Shown here in pieces: positions 47,745 through 62,300 of a DNA stretch of 64,000 nucleotides. The DNA lies in the NCBI RefSeq assembly GCF_006345805.1, contig NC_042998.1, forward strand, positions 187,612,001-187,676,000, written 5' to 3'. The translations under genes and the position numbers were made by a program. The first letter of the stretch is position 1. Every line of letters starts with the position of its first letter. Source of the stretch: Octopus sinensis (lineage: Eukaryota). The notes beneath the pieces were generated by a model, which searched no databases, was not told where the DNA came from, and saw only the letters and a program-made list of their open reading frames with translations.

Positions 47745-47972
47745 TTGATTCGAGCGAGGTCATTGCCAGTACCGCCTGACAGGCCCCTGTGCCGGTGGCA
47801 CGTAAAAGCACCCACAACACTCTCGGAGTGGTTGGTGTTAGGAAGGGCATCCAGCTGTAGAAACACTGCCAGATCAAGATTGGAGCCTGGTGCAGCCATC
47901 TGGTTCGCCAGCCCTCAGTCAAAATCGTCCAACCCATGCTAGCATGGAAAGCGGACGTTAAACAATGATGAA
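47745..47972 (+). mobile_element. RTE LINE 3' end
   Basis: Family core and terminal palindrome. Confidence 0.85.
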
Positions 47973-50900
47973 TCATAAAAACTCAGAAAATTCAGCACTG
48001 GAGTACAAAGGTATTAGACAATAACAAGACTAAATAGATAACTGAAAAAAACCCAAATCAACACCAATTTCAAAATAAGTAAAAGACTGAATTATCTTGT
48101 GGTATAATCTAATAACGCTTCACTCTTCAATTCCATTGTAAATCAATACTAAAATATAATGGCCAAGCTAGAAGTCCCTTACTCTATTTTATATGTTTCC
48201 CTGATATTATTTTATTTTAAATTAAAATGAAAATTAGTTCTTAAAGCAACTAAAAGATTCCATCAACTACTCCAATGAACAAAATGGGGAAAAGCAATAA
48301 AACTACATCACAACATCTTTCTGAGACAGGAAATTATAAATTGTTTAGATATATGACTCCATATACATAGAGCAAATCTGAGAACATATATCAAGAAAGG
48401 TTATCCCAACAGTTTTGAAACAAGTGATTTATAGACACTACAACTGCTTTTAAAGTTATTTGTTTTATGAGAGCAGAACATTGTATAGAAGGAAGTTTTA
48501 TTTTGGTAGCAATAACAAAAACTTGATCATGAAGAATAATGAAGTTCGTTTTTAGTAGCAATCATTCAAAGGAACTGCTGCAGTTACCTTTAAAGTTTAA
48601 GCCAGTGTAATATCAGTTGAAAATACATCTAGATTCAATAAACAAGCAAAAGCTTATATTTTTTGAAGCTATAAGGTCCAACATATATTGATGCTCAGCA
48701 AACATGCAAATACGGTACATATAAAGAAATCTTAAGAGTTTAGGAATGTTTTACATCCATCTCAGAACATAAATTGCTTGCACACTTAAGACATTCAAAC
48801 ATTATATTTTGATAATCAAAACTGAAAGAAACTGACAAGGAGCAAGCCAGCTGTAAATTGCAGTGAACAGATTCAATCGGCAAGCAATTACAACATTTGC
48901 TATGCTCTTAGACATTAAAGAGTTCTTAGCCATTCTAGATTCTGATAAGGCTGCAAAAGTTTCAGCAGAGGATTTTGTATTTGATGACATTTGATATAGA
49001 TTAAAAGGTAGACAAACTTTTAATACATAACGAATAGCATAACCCATTGGGTCACTGGAACATCATTGATGATTTGTCATGTGCTGAATCTAAGGCAAGT
49101 CAGCTTGGTCAAGCCTATCCTTCCTCTCCAAGTCATACTTATAGCAGGGATTGAATTCAAGACAGTAAGTTAACAAAATATTTGTTAATTTTATGATTTG
49201 CAAACAAAATATTGTTCAGTAGGAATGACTAGTTCACAAACAACAGAAAAACTAAATATCTATAAGGAAAAGAAAGACAAATTGATAGAACAACTTTCTT
49301 ATTTCAAAGTATTAGATTTCAGACAGACAAAAAAAAAAAAAATCAGCACTAACAGGACTTGAACAACCACACATCTAATGTTTGCTGGACATTGATCACA
49401 ATATGAATTACATACAAAGAGTTTGTTATTCTACTTTCTCAACTCTATGAATACTATTTTTAGTCATATAAGTTAACTGATAATTCTAAGTTTATAATTG
49501 AGTCAACTAAGAGAATACAGAAATATTCTTTTAGTTGACAGAATAATGCAACAGAATTTTAAAAAATCTAAATCAGTTTATCAGCTCATTCATTTACTTA
49601 GACAAGAGCTAAAAGAAATACTTGGATCCTTATTAAAGATTATAAGAGTAAAATTAAACAAATTAATCTGTAGGAGAGCCACCCTAAATGAAGCGTAATA
49701 TAAGCTGGGTTGGGGAGAGATAAAACTCTATATACCATCAGTAAAACCTGCATAAGAACAATTATCATTATGGCAACTGTTTCTTTCTACCATTCAGCTT
49801 TTTGTGTAGAGCTGTAGCTGTCTCAGTTGAAAGGGGTGTCATTCAGGAGTAGCTTGAAAGACAATAGTATCTCCTATGTTGCTGGAAAAGATACTAATGC
49901 TCAAAGCTTAGTCAAAAGAGTAGTAGGTAGACTCAGTTCAGTAATTTAAGCGGCAGTTCTGTATAACTGATATGTATTTCTTTAACTTGTACCGAATCCA
50001 TATCTTCACATGGATCTAACCTAGAGAGAAATGGACTTTTGCTAGCTGCATGAAGACAAAAATCTTCTGTGGGGAAACCAATCCAGTTATTTTAAAGCTG
50101 GTTCTACCAAAGACCACGACCACAAAATTTGTTTCTCAGAATGCATTTGTAAAAATATTGCAAACTGCTTGGATTTTTGGAATGAAAATTTAGATAAGAC
50201 AGGAGTATCACATACAGTAGAGAAGATAAAATAAAATCTTCTGACTACCATAATACCCGTTTCTAAAGGCTGAGACAATTGTTATAAAATAAGCATAATA
50301 AAGAAATTATTTTTACACAACCATAATTTCTAGTGCTCTTATAGAATAATATCCTATAGAGAATGTTTAGCTAGGAAGTACTGTAAGAGCCAGTCACAGA
50401 ATACACAACTATATGTACATGCATGAATATTAATTCTCTATTTTTATTATATTTGTATTATTTCTGACAAGATTTTTTTCCTCCTTTCTTTTAACAGATT
50501 TTATGTACACAACCTATCTTTTTATATAATGGGCTGCAGAAATTAAATTAAAATTGCCTATATAATTTCAAAAGGTTCTAGAGAATAACTTTTTTGCATT
50601 AAACTTGAATAAATTGATGCTATTCTTTTCTTGTAACAAATCAAAAAGCTTAAATCTATATTTTATAAGTAAAGATGATATTTGGAATGTAAGAAACAAT
50701 ATATGAACAAATAAATCAGAAAATGTAAAAGATATTCCTTTAAAAATACACAAACTGTTCAATACATCATTTTTTAGAATGTATAAATTAAGTTATTCAA
50801 CATAGAAGGACTACAATAAGACTAAGAGGAAAACTTGGTTAATATGAAGACTATGAACTTGTATACGTGTACTGAGAAAAGTGGCATTGAGTAGATTAAC

Positions 50901-52218
50901 AAGATATTAAAATAACTATAATTTTGTAGAAATAAGCTAAACAAATTGTTTATAATGTTCTTAGATTTGGATGAAGAGCAAAACTGTCTGAGAGAAATAC
51001 AAAACATTTAATGCACCTATGCAATTAGTACTATGAGTTACACACTAGCGCTACGATATAAAAAATTTCTATCTACTGCTATTTGTCGTAAAATATTTTC
51101 CTAATTGAAAACCAATCAAGAAAGTAAGTGGTAATCTAGGCACTCAACAACGGCCCAAATGCTCCAACTTAGAAGAGAGTGGTAATTCTATAGTCTTTTC
51201 AGGAATGAAAAGAAACACTGAATCACCATATTTGAATGAATACCTGAGAGAAAAACCTAAGAACTATTCATATTGACAGGTAGTGTGCATGTGCGCATGC
51301 ACCTGTATACAAATGAAAATTAGAGAAGATTATTTTATTTGCTAATTATTACTTGACTATTTCCAACAGTTCAGCTGAGTCATCAATTCTGGTCTAACAA
51401 GTTGCATAGTATTCAAAGACAGGATGCACATTTATGCTCTTGTTTCTATGCTGTTTAGACTTTTGGTCAAGGAAACATCAAGAATGAAAATTCAGAAACC
51501 AGATTTTTAAAAAACTTCCAGCTAAAAGCCCCTTGGTCACAGACACAAGTAAGAACAAGACAGGTATTAAACAAAATCACACAAAAAAAAAAAAAACCAA
51601 GTCACAGTACAAAATGTCAAATAAATAATTAAAAAGATGGAGGGGAAAAGGTATAGTTGCATACGAGAGAGGGTGTATACATGAGTATACATGTAATATA
51701 TGTAGCAGTCATGTAGTATTAGTATTATAATGCTAGTTTAATAATTATATAGCAGAAAGGAAGTTGAAACAGCAATTACAGGATAAGGTACTGTAGGCAA
51801 GGCCAATTAAGAATAATTTCTTACAAAGATATAAAACATCACATACATAGAAATAAATGGGATATTTATTTTGTACATGTGAAACAGTTTCAGTAAGGAA
51901 TTGAAACCAAGTTGCATCCAGATCTTACTGTTACAATGATTATAATTTTTCTTTTTTTTTTTTTTTTTGTGTGTGGAAGAGAATATATAGCTTTTATCTT
52001 ATTTTATGCGTGTGAGATATGGGGAGGTGTACCGTCTATAAATTCATCCCTACGATATTGCTGCTATTTATTGAACTTCAAAAAAATGAAAACCTAACTG
52101 ATTTAAATTTAGAAATGCAAAAGAAAAAAAAAGATATTATAAACAGTATATAATAATTTCTTTCAGCTAAGAATAAGGCTCTATATTTTAGCAAAGGGGA
52201 AATTGGAAGTGGCAACAT

Positions 52219-52633
52219 TTATGCTCATTATTTACATTTGACAGATATTTGTCCTCATCTCATTTGTTAACAATGTTTCAGCTGATATAATCTCCAGCCT
52301 TCATCAGGTGTCTTGGAGAAATTTCAAACCTAGATTCTCATTCCTAAGGTATTTTTTGATGTTATTATTATTATTATTATTCAGGTCACTGCCTGGAATC
52401 GAACTCAGAATCTTGGGGTTAAGAGCATGGGCTACTAACCCCAAGATTCCAAATTCGATTCCAGGCAGTGACCTGAATAATAATAACATTGAAAAATACC
52501 TTAGGAATGAGAACCCAGGTTCGAAAATTCCCCCAGACACCTGATGAAGGCTGGAGAGTATATCAGCCGAAAAGTTGTGTCAACAACAAACAAGAGGACA
52601 AATATCCGTCAAATGTAAATAATGTACATAATT
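52219..52633. mobile_element. Palindromic head-to-head pair of a tRNA-headed element carrying a Penelope-type minimal hammerhead motif
   Basis: ~200 bp arms around a 14 nt loop (52422-52435); CTGATGA/stem II/GAAA at 52541-52572 (+) and 52307-52276 (-); B-box-like GAGTTCGATTCC in the minus copy. Confidence 0.7.
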
Positions 52634-53310
52634 CCTCATCTCTCATATACAGAACAACATTTATGCTTTTCCTAAGGTATAAGTGGGTATAATCATAGTT
52701 AAATTGAAATTTTTCTAATTAGAAAGCAAAACCAGATTGAGATCTTAATTTACCAAGAATGTATATCACATTCTCTATGGCACATGCCAGTAATCTAAAA
52801 ACATGGGTAAATTTAGTAAAAGAAAGAGAAGTAGGGTTGATTGATTTAACTACAGTATATATCATTGATGTGTATTTTATTGTCCTCAGGAAGACGAGTG
52901 ACAAAGTTGACCCCAGTAGCTTAGGAATTCTGAACAGTGTGGGACAGTAAAATGATCAAGTCCAATTATCTATTGTTTCTGTTATCACCCCCCATTTTCA
53001 TATAAAAATAATTTCTTTAGCCAAGGCACAGAGCCATTTTCATTTTTTTTTTTTCCTTTTTTGTCAGGAGATAAGATAAACAGAATCAATCGTGGCAGGA
53101 TTAGGATTCAGAATACTGAGTCACTGAACCGAGACCGGGTGCCTACTGCCAAAATGATCTTCACTACTCTCATACAATGAAAATGTATGTAAAAGAATGT
53201 TGGCAATGAAAGTTTAAGAATGGAATACATGATACCTACTTCCTGAGGACAAATACAATATTTATAGTCTTTGATCTATAAACATTATAAAACAAGACTT
53301 AATTAAGACA

Positions 53311-53698
53311 TTACTTTTTTTTTTTTCAGTCATTTGACTGCGGCCATGCTGGAGCACCACCTTTAATCAAGCAACACGACCCCAGGACTTATTCTTTTGT
53401 AAGCCCAGTACTTATTCAATCGGTCTCTTTTGCCGAACCGCTAAGTAACGGGGACATAAACACACCAGCATCGGTTGTCAAGCAATGCTAGGGGAACAAA
53501 CACACACACATACATACATATATATACATATATACGACAGGCTTCTTTCAGTTTCCGTCTACCAAATCCACTCACAAGGCTTTGGTCGGCCCGAGGCTAT
53601 AGTAGAAGACACATGCCCAAGGTGCCACGCAGTGGGACTGAACCCAGAACCATGTGGTTGGTAAACAAGCTACTTACCACACAGCCCCTCCTGCGCCT
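53311..53698 (-). mobile_element. SINE family A
   Basis: Colinear with the other family A copies. Confidence 0.88.
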
Positions 53699-54839
53699 AT
53701 TTAATACTTAATAGTTTACAGTGTAGCAGAAGAAACTGGTAATGCGAACATGGAGTGGATAAATCATATTTCTGTACACCACTAAGTCACAGAGTAAATG
53801 AGACATGAGAAGGGAGAGGGATTTTGTTATTTGATCAAGTTATTGGGTGCAGATCAAGATCCAGTGATCCACAGAAACATAGATACAACCTCTTGTTTTC
53901 TTCATCATACTTTTCTTACTAGCAAAGTGAAGATTAATTGGTTTGGAACAATTTCTGTGTATGCGTGTGTGTGCATACACACACACACCCAAATGAAGGA
54001 AATGCTAGCACTCAAACACCTAAAAAGGTAGTCAAACTGTAAAGGAATTAGTCAAGAGAGAATGTTAAGCATGATGTGATATGTCAGTTTCTCTAAAAAC
54101 ATCCAATAGAACTCAATAGTTAAGCTTTCTTTCTTTCATAAATTCTATGATTTTACTAGGAACATAAACTTAAAATTGCCTAAATTCTTCATAGATTAAT
54201 CTTTTCTTTGCTCATTACACCAACAAATAGTGATTCAGACAATACAAGCTCATGAATCTAAGAGCAACAAAAGACAAGGATATAAAAAAAAAATTATTAG
54301 TTTTTTAGTAATAGTTTGTTCCTTACCATCCTTCTTAATGATTTTTTTGTTTTTTGATCCCAATAGGTGCTATGGAGGTAATGAGCTGGATAAAAATTTC
54401 CATTTTCCATCAATATTTGCTGCCAACAGGTTACTGTGCAAAATCTTTATCACAACAGGTTAGACAGTTCACATGAAGGAGACTTTAGGATGAGAAATCA
54501 GCATATATAGATGGCCAACTGAACACACTGGCAGTGAACTGTTGTACTTAGTAGAAAAGAAGAGATAGACAAAGGAAGGAAATAAGAGAGACAGAGGCAG
54601 AGAGAGAGAGAGACAGACAGAGAGTCAGAGATAGAGAGATTGTGTAAATGACTCCAGTCCAACATTAAAGCCTACTTCCTCAAACATGGCATAAAACAAA
54701 AATTTGCCTTGTGATTATATATTATACATTTCAAAAGATCCGGATCCTCTGCCTTGCATTTGTAGTGTGGCGAGAGGAAAGAAGGCAGACTTTTCTGTTA
54801 TAAGATTAAAAAAGAGAACATATTGCACATGCATGCCTG

Positions 54840-55057
54840 TGTATGTACATGTGTGTGTATGTGTATATATATACATACATATATACATACATATAATATA
54901 TATATATATATACATACATATATACATACATATACATACATATATACATATATATATATACATACATATATACATACATATATATATACATATATATATT
55001 ACATACATATATACATATATATATACATACATATATACATACATTATATATACATAC

Positions 55058-55090
<33 letters not shown>

Positions 55091-55220
55091 CATACATATA
55101 TATATACATACATATATACATACATACATACATACATATTATATATATATATATATATATATATACATACACACACACACACTCTCACACACAATGTATG
55201 CATGCACAAACACACACACA
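54840..55220. repeat. (TACA/TA)n microsatellite
   Basis: Low complexity. Confidence 0.95.
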
Positions 55221-57952
55221 CGCAAGTGTGTATATTTCTTTAATGTTCATGAAAACACGTTTCTACATACACTCCCTCCTCCCTCACATGATATATATAC
55301 ATATATATACATATGTTAATGGTAATATACATTAACGGAAAGATGAAAACAGATTCACTTTTAACATGGTAGCTTTCAATCTAGTTGATTTTACGGGCAT
55401 CCACCACACAAGAAACCTTGTATACTCATACGTAATGGAGAGATTAAAACAAACAAACACACACGTTATCGATGAACTAACATTGAAGAGAGAAGCGGTT
55501 GATTCAATACTCAGAAGCTATATACAAATATTACACATATCATTCAATACACAATGCTATATCACATAGGTTTTCATACAGAGAGAAAGAGAGAGAGAGA
55601 GAGAGGAAGGAGGGAGGGAGAGAGAATCCACAAATGATTTATGTATGTTCTTAGAGGCAGGATAATACAGAGATTCAATTTTGTATACAGACAAATGATG
55701 TAATCCTTTCATTCGTATATATATACATTCACTTACATCCATATATTGTATCATCATCAGCTTAGAAACATTTAACCAATGAAAGAAATTAAAATGATAC
55801 ATCGGCATTTTGAAGCCATTCAAAACCCAAATAAATGAAGCAGTCACAAGTTCCTAAGAATGTTTAAAGGATGATATAAAATAATAATACACAATAACAA
55901 GAGTGTGATATGATATAGTCAATCAGCATTGTATTACTTGCCATATTTCACTCTTCTTATTGTGCATTTAGCTTTCTGAAGAGTTATGTCAATCTTCATA
56001 ATGATAATAATAATGATGATGATGATGACAATAATAATAATTCCTTCTAATTTTGGGTCAAGTTGATTATATCAACCCAAGTACTTGGCTGGTACTTTAT
56101 TTTCTTGACCCCCGCCCAAGAGGGTGAAAGGGAAAGTTAACCTTTGGCAGGATTTAAACTCACAATGTAAAGAACCAGATGAAATGCCACAAAGCATTTC
56201 GTCCAATCTGCTAACGATTCTACCAGCTCATTATTACATGCCATGTTATGATGACATGCAGATAATTAGCATGCAACCAATTTTGTGAAATAATTTTCGA
56301 AGTGAAGGCAGTTTTCCTTGCAACCAAATACTGCGGTGGAATTATTAGAAAGTAGATTAAATTAAGTTATAAAATAGCTTTATATATACATATACACGCA
56401 CACACATGTATGCATGAATGTATAGACATATGAGTATGTATATACATATATACATGGGTGTGTGTGTGTATGTATATATATATATATAAAAATGTGTGTG
56501 TATGTCGGTTATTTGTGTATGTATGTGCACATACACTAGTTACTTATACATTGCAAAGATGGTCTGTAAGTAGTGAAACTTGGGTTTCTTCTTGAGACAA
56601 AGACAAAACTGAAATGAAATTTGGATACTTTTTGGCCAAAGAAAATAAACATGGAACTAAACAATAATGTGTCTCTACATAATTGCAGGCAACTCATAAG
56701 TTAGGAAAGATGTTACTATGGTCACCAAATTTATCTCCAGGAGAATGTAATTTAGGTTTCAGACTTAATTTGTTTTTTTTTTTAGAAGCCTTATTAGCTG
56801 TTTGTTGCCAGTTCTGTCACAGAGTGATACTAAAATGAATGAAAGGAGACCCAAAAGTTCAGTAAAAAGCTGATTAAGAATTGGTGTGATGGAAGTGTAA
56901 AATATGATGTATGAAGTTATGATTTTTGTACAAACTTTGATGATTATCATTCTGTGGGCAACAATAGAAATCAACTTTGGTTGGTGAAAGTCACTCTGCA
57001 GAAATGGATAGAAAATGGGATGACAATGTAATGACAACCATCACATCTGCCTGCAGCAGGATTAGGATTTTGATCATATCTGCTTTAGTAATATCACTGT
57101 CTCTACCACTATATGGATGACTGCAGTACTGTCCATTTTGAAAACAAGCAGATATATAGTGTCCTTGCCTGTCCAATATCGAATGATATGGGGATGATAG
57201 ATGGAGCTCCAACACTGGAAAGAGAACACCACCATTAACTGGAAAAGAATAATGGCAATAGAGCAATCATCTATGTTATGGAAAGAGAAATGGGTCACTA
57301 AAATGTTTTCGGTTAAAACTTAAATCATGCTTACACAGACATCATTATTGTTGTCCAGCATCGTTTACTGACATTTCTATTTAATTAATCCAAAAGAGAT
57401 AAAACGTTAAACTTACCAAAATAGAATTTTCAACACAGAACCAAGAGACTGCGAATTGGGATATGAAGATTAGAAACAAAAGTAACGAACAGACCATTAA
57501 TGAATGTGGGGGGGGGGGGTGACTTGTTTGCATAGGGAAACAGGTTGCAAAGAATGATTCAAGCAAAGAATTATTATTATTATTATTATTTTGCCCATAC
57601 ATTTGGACAAGTCTATCACTCATTTTGTTTAAAATATTAACACTTCCACTTCATTTTCGCTTATTGATTTTTACATGGGGGCAGAATAACATCAACTTTT
57701 TGATGCTTTTTTGCCGTTTTATTATTTTTTTTTTTGTACAATGAGGGGATGATGAATGAGAAGGGAGAAAAGGAGGGTGAAAAGGATGATTAATGTTTTG
57801 GTAGAGAGAGAGAGAGAGATGTCTGAAGGTGAGATGAGTGAATGACACTGATAGGTTATCAAAAAGAAAAAAATCCTTCGACATTCAGCAGATTTCAGTT
57901 TCAATTTTACATACAATTATGCACATAGATACACACTAAAACATGTGCATGA

Positions 57953-57984
<32 letters not shown>

Positions 57985-58982
57985 ACACACACATCTGCAT
58001 TTATGAAGGAAAGAAATTTTCAAATTATAAAATTGATCCATTGATTACAAAGGAAATCTTTTCTACAATCTTTCTCTCACGCTGTAAGGTGTTCATTGTA
58101 GTTTTAGCTTCAATGAAAACAACATTTAACACATGCACACACACACACACACACACACTCAAATATTCATTGAAATAAAAATATACATTGAAATAAAAAT
58201 ATATACATATATATATGTATACATATAAACAAACATATTGCCATGTATATGTAAACATTCAAACACATCTGTGTGTGTGTATATTTGTTTATATATAAAC
58301 ATAAACTTAATTTCAATCATATATGTGCATGTATGCACATATATATATATATACACACATACATGTATACATGCACACATACCATGCCTTGTCTTTCGCA
58401 TTTTCAAATTAACAATGATGGTAAATGATGATGGTGGAAAAAAAAAAAAAAATCTGCAATGAAGTTAAAATCTCTTCTGATTATTTACAAATATGCAAAT
58501 TTTGCTTGAGGGTGTAGAAATGCTGCTATACTTCATCTTGTAGTAGCCAGCTCGGTAGGAGCCTATAACAGGTACATATAATGGCGTAAATTAAGCTGCT
58601 GTCAATCTGAATAATCAACAACAGCCTTTTCAGAGCGGTGACACCATTGCATTTCTGATATCCCTCAATTCTTTATATTAGCTATCAGCAAAATGTATTG
58701 TCAACGATAACAAAAACAACTATAACATTTTGATTTGAAGAAAAATTATTTTTTCTTTCTCATATTTTTTTTTGTTTTAGGGCTTGAGATCTGAAGATTT
58801 TTTTTTTCTTTTTGCTTTTTTTTTTTTTGTGTTGTTGTATGCTGCTGTTTGCATCAGACAGTAAATCTTGGCAAGATTTAGCTGCTCATTGGTTGCGGTT
58901 AATTCAGCTGTTTTACCTCGACTGCAAAGCTTTTTTTGTACTGATGCTATTTTAATAACTATTTCTCTTTTATCTCCATTTC

Positions 58983-59314
58983 CTAGGTCTTGGCATGAAG
59001 AGGTATGAGGAATTTATGTCCGAATGGTGAAGAATACGTGATGCCAACTTGTGCCATCACCTTACGAGGAAGACCAATATCGCACAGGTAAACTTGTCCA
59101 AACTGCCCTTTGAGATTGAGTGGAAGGCAAAGACTTAAACTCCACTTGGCATGGATGAGTGTGCCTTGCTGTGGGGGATCAATAGCTAAAACTGGAGCCT
59201 TGCTGTTATTAGCCCATACCACAAGTGCTTGGTACCAAGGCTGGTCTCGCAAAACCATGTTTTCATGATTATCCAAGCTATTAACAATTATGTCCACAGG
59301 AAATTTTGGCAAAT
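58983..59314 (-). CDS. EDC3: EDC3 last coding exon (DLPKFPVDII...FLIPLHAKT*)
   Basis: Acceptor TTTTTCAG|, TAG at 58985-58983. Confidence 0.94.
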
Positions 59315-62300
59315 CTGAAAAAAAAAATAAAGTTTTAAATTTCATAGTTGACAAGAATTAATTCAAAAACTGGAAATACTAGTCTATCACTAATATAATT
59401 CATTTAGAATTAAAACAAAACAGTTCATCCATCCATCCACATATATCTCTCTCTGTTTGCTTTTCCTGTCATAGGTTGGGCAGTTCAACAGGATCTAACA
59501 AGTTAGAGGACCATGCTTCACTTAAATGTTTAAGTTCTGGTATGGTTTTCTATGGGTGGTTACTTTTTTATGTGGTACCAGCATTAGAGAAGTTGTCATG
59601 ATTCTTGGTAAAATTAAAGAGTCCTTTCAACCCTGCATTGTCCCTATTTGATAATTCCCCAGCCATTTTGCAGAATGTATTGGGTGTTTTTCATGGTACT
59701 AGTACTAGTGAGGTCACCAAGTAACTCCCAAAATTGAAGAGAGAGACAGATGACTAGGCAAGATACTGAGCAAAATAGATATACAACACATGCATGTGGT
59801 CAAACTTAGTTATTATTTGGAGCTAGTGCTCTGCTAGATGGAGTGAAGGACCACACTTCACTCTACATCAGTGTGAGAGTGTATGTACATGCACACATGT
59901 GTGTGCACACACACACCATCTATCTTTGCATTTGTAGCATTTTTTTCCAATTCTCACAATGGCATCAGAAGCATGTAGAAAAACATACACGAGCTCAGCT
60001 GTAGGTTTCTAAAGTGAGAATTCTAAGAAATTATCTGAATGCGTAATGTTAGCATGCATGAATGACGAGCTGTAAAAGAGCTAAAATAGAAACAGGACTT
60101 CAGAGGATCACAGAAGACTACACTGATTCAAACATGTGATATATAAGGAGAATATCAGTTGATTAAAGAAGTGTTGAGTACTCTAAGTGGACAGAACATG
60201 GAGAAGAGAGAAAATGAGGAAGACATAGGAAGACGTGGTGAAAACTAATCATAAGAGGCTGGAACTCATAAAGGAAATGACAAGGATTTACAAGTGCTGA
60301 AATGCTGTGCAGGAGAAGACCTGAGCAACCCACGCAGGCAAAAAAAGATGATGATGATGATGGACATTGGAATATTTAATATCTACATTTAGGTCTCTTG
60401 CACTAATTATGTTCATACTGTATCTACTACTAAACCTTTTCTTGTTATACACTCTCTCTTTCCCATTACCTCTTCCTCTATCTCTCACTGAATTCTTGCT
60501 CTCCCTCTGATCATCATCACATATTCCAACAGTTCTCCATCACTCACTTTCTCAATATCTCTCTTCTATCTTTCTTTATTGAAGTCCAACACCTTCTTTC
60601 TTCCCTCATCCCATCACCTTAGTAAATTGTGAGTCGAACATATATTTGTTGGAGGTGCTTAATATTTACTCATGTATTTCACTTGCTCAAGCTGTTCTAC
60701 CTCAGCCTCCTTACTAATATGTGGCTGTTTATCTTTCTCTTTTCAATTACTTGGACTGGCTCGTGTGCAGGTGGCACATAAAAAGCACCATTTGAGCGTG
60801 GCTGTTGCCAGTACCGCCTGACTGGCCCTTGTGCCGGTAGCATGTAAAAGCACCCACTACACTCTCGGAGTGGTTGGCGTTAGGAAGGGCATCCAGCTGT
60901 AGAAACTCTGCCAGATCAAATTGGAGTCTAGTGCAGCCATCTGGTTCGCCAGAACTCAGTCAAATCGTCCAACCCATGCTAGCATGGAAAACGGACGTTA
61001 AACTATGATGATGATGCTTATCACCCTTCTGCACCTATCATTGATTCCCTTTCATACCTTTTCTTTTCCAACCTCTCATTCTCTCTCTCTCTCTCATCAC
61101 TCTCTTCTTTACTACCCTTTCAGCCTTGTTGCTTTTATTCAATCTCCTTACCAACAGTCATCATGTAACTGTCTAACCCGTTTACTCTCCTCTCTTTCCC
61201 TCCCATTATTCAGACTTCCATCGTGTTCTCTCTCTGGTTTCCTTCAGACCCAATAGTGTGAGAAAGAAATAAACAAACAACATCAATGCAGAGAAGAGGG
61301 AGCTCTCTTTAGTCTTGCTGGAGACAAACAACCTTTCGAGTGAAAGTTTCACAAACGAATGTACCCAATGCATCATATAAAGTGGTTGGTGACAAGAAGG
61401 GTCTCTTGCCATAAAAACCATCCTAAAAATGTAACATGCAAGTAGGATACAGTTTTAAATCTACCTTGGAGGACTATAATTCTAAATAGACCTGACTCAC
61501 AGGTTATATTTAGAGTTGCTTTGACAAACCTATGCAGCACAGATAAACAGAGATAAAATGATGATGAGAAAGAGAGAGAAAGGGAGAGAGGAAAGAGAAA
61601 GAGAGTGCATGTGTGTACATTGAACTCGATCAAAAAGATGGATAGTAAAAACTAATGCAAATTTATACAAATTGATATTGTGGACTTTTATCTATCTATC
61701 ACCAGAGATCTCTTCCATAGTCATACAGTTTACAGCCAACCACACAATAAGTCCAGACAATTTCTAAACTATAACACATTCAAGATAATCACTCTTACTT
61801 AACAACAATGAATATTCAAAAGTTATTATTAGAGAAAATAGCTGCTGTTTCGTGTTTAGGTTTACACGACTGAGCAACAGAAATGTCTAACTCTTAACAC
61901 ATGTTACATAAGTAAACAGAACTATAAAGCTTTGATTCTTACCTTTAATTGAAAATGTTTTTACTCCATCAGTGAGATCATACAAAGCTAATTCATTTTC
62001 AATAAAATGATCCATTTTCATATAATTTGGCACATAGATGTATGTTTTTACATTGTGATTAGCTAGCAATCTGGCACAAGTAATCCCTTGAGCTCCCTGA
62101 ATATGTGGGCCACACAAAACAACAACAGTAGGTAACTGGTGGTCATTTTTGGGGTTCAATCTTGGGAAGAAAAAAAGAAAGGAATAATTACATTGAAGAT
62201 TAGAAAACCTGATTGCATAAAAGCATGGCTTTTTATTGAAACTAGCCATACCTGCCCTTAAATCATGCAAGAAGTCACAATTTAATTTTTTTAAAAATTA

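Noticed and set aside
56991-57300. Possible degenerate LINE RT fragment
   Set aside because: Only faint LPLYG-like similarity with many stops; cannot be supported by eye.
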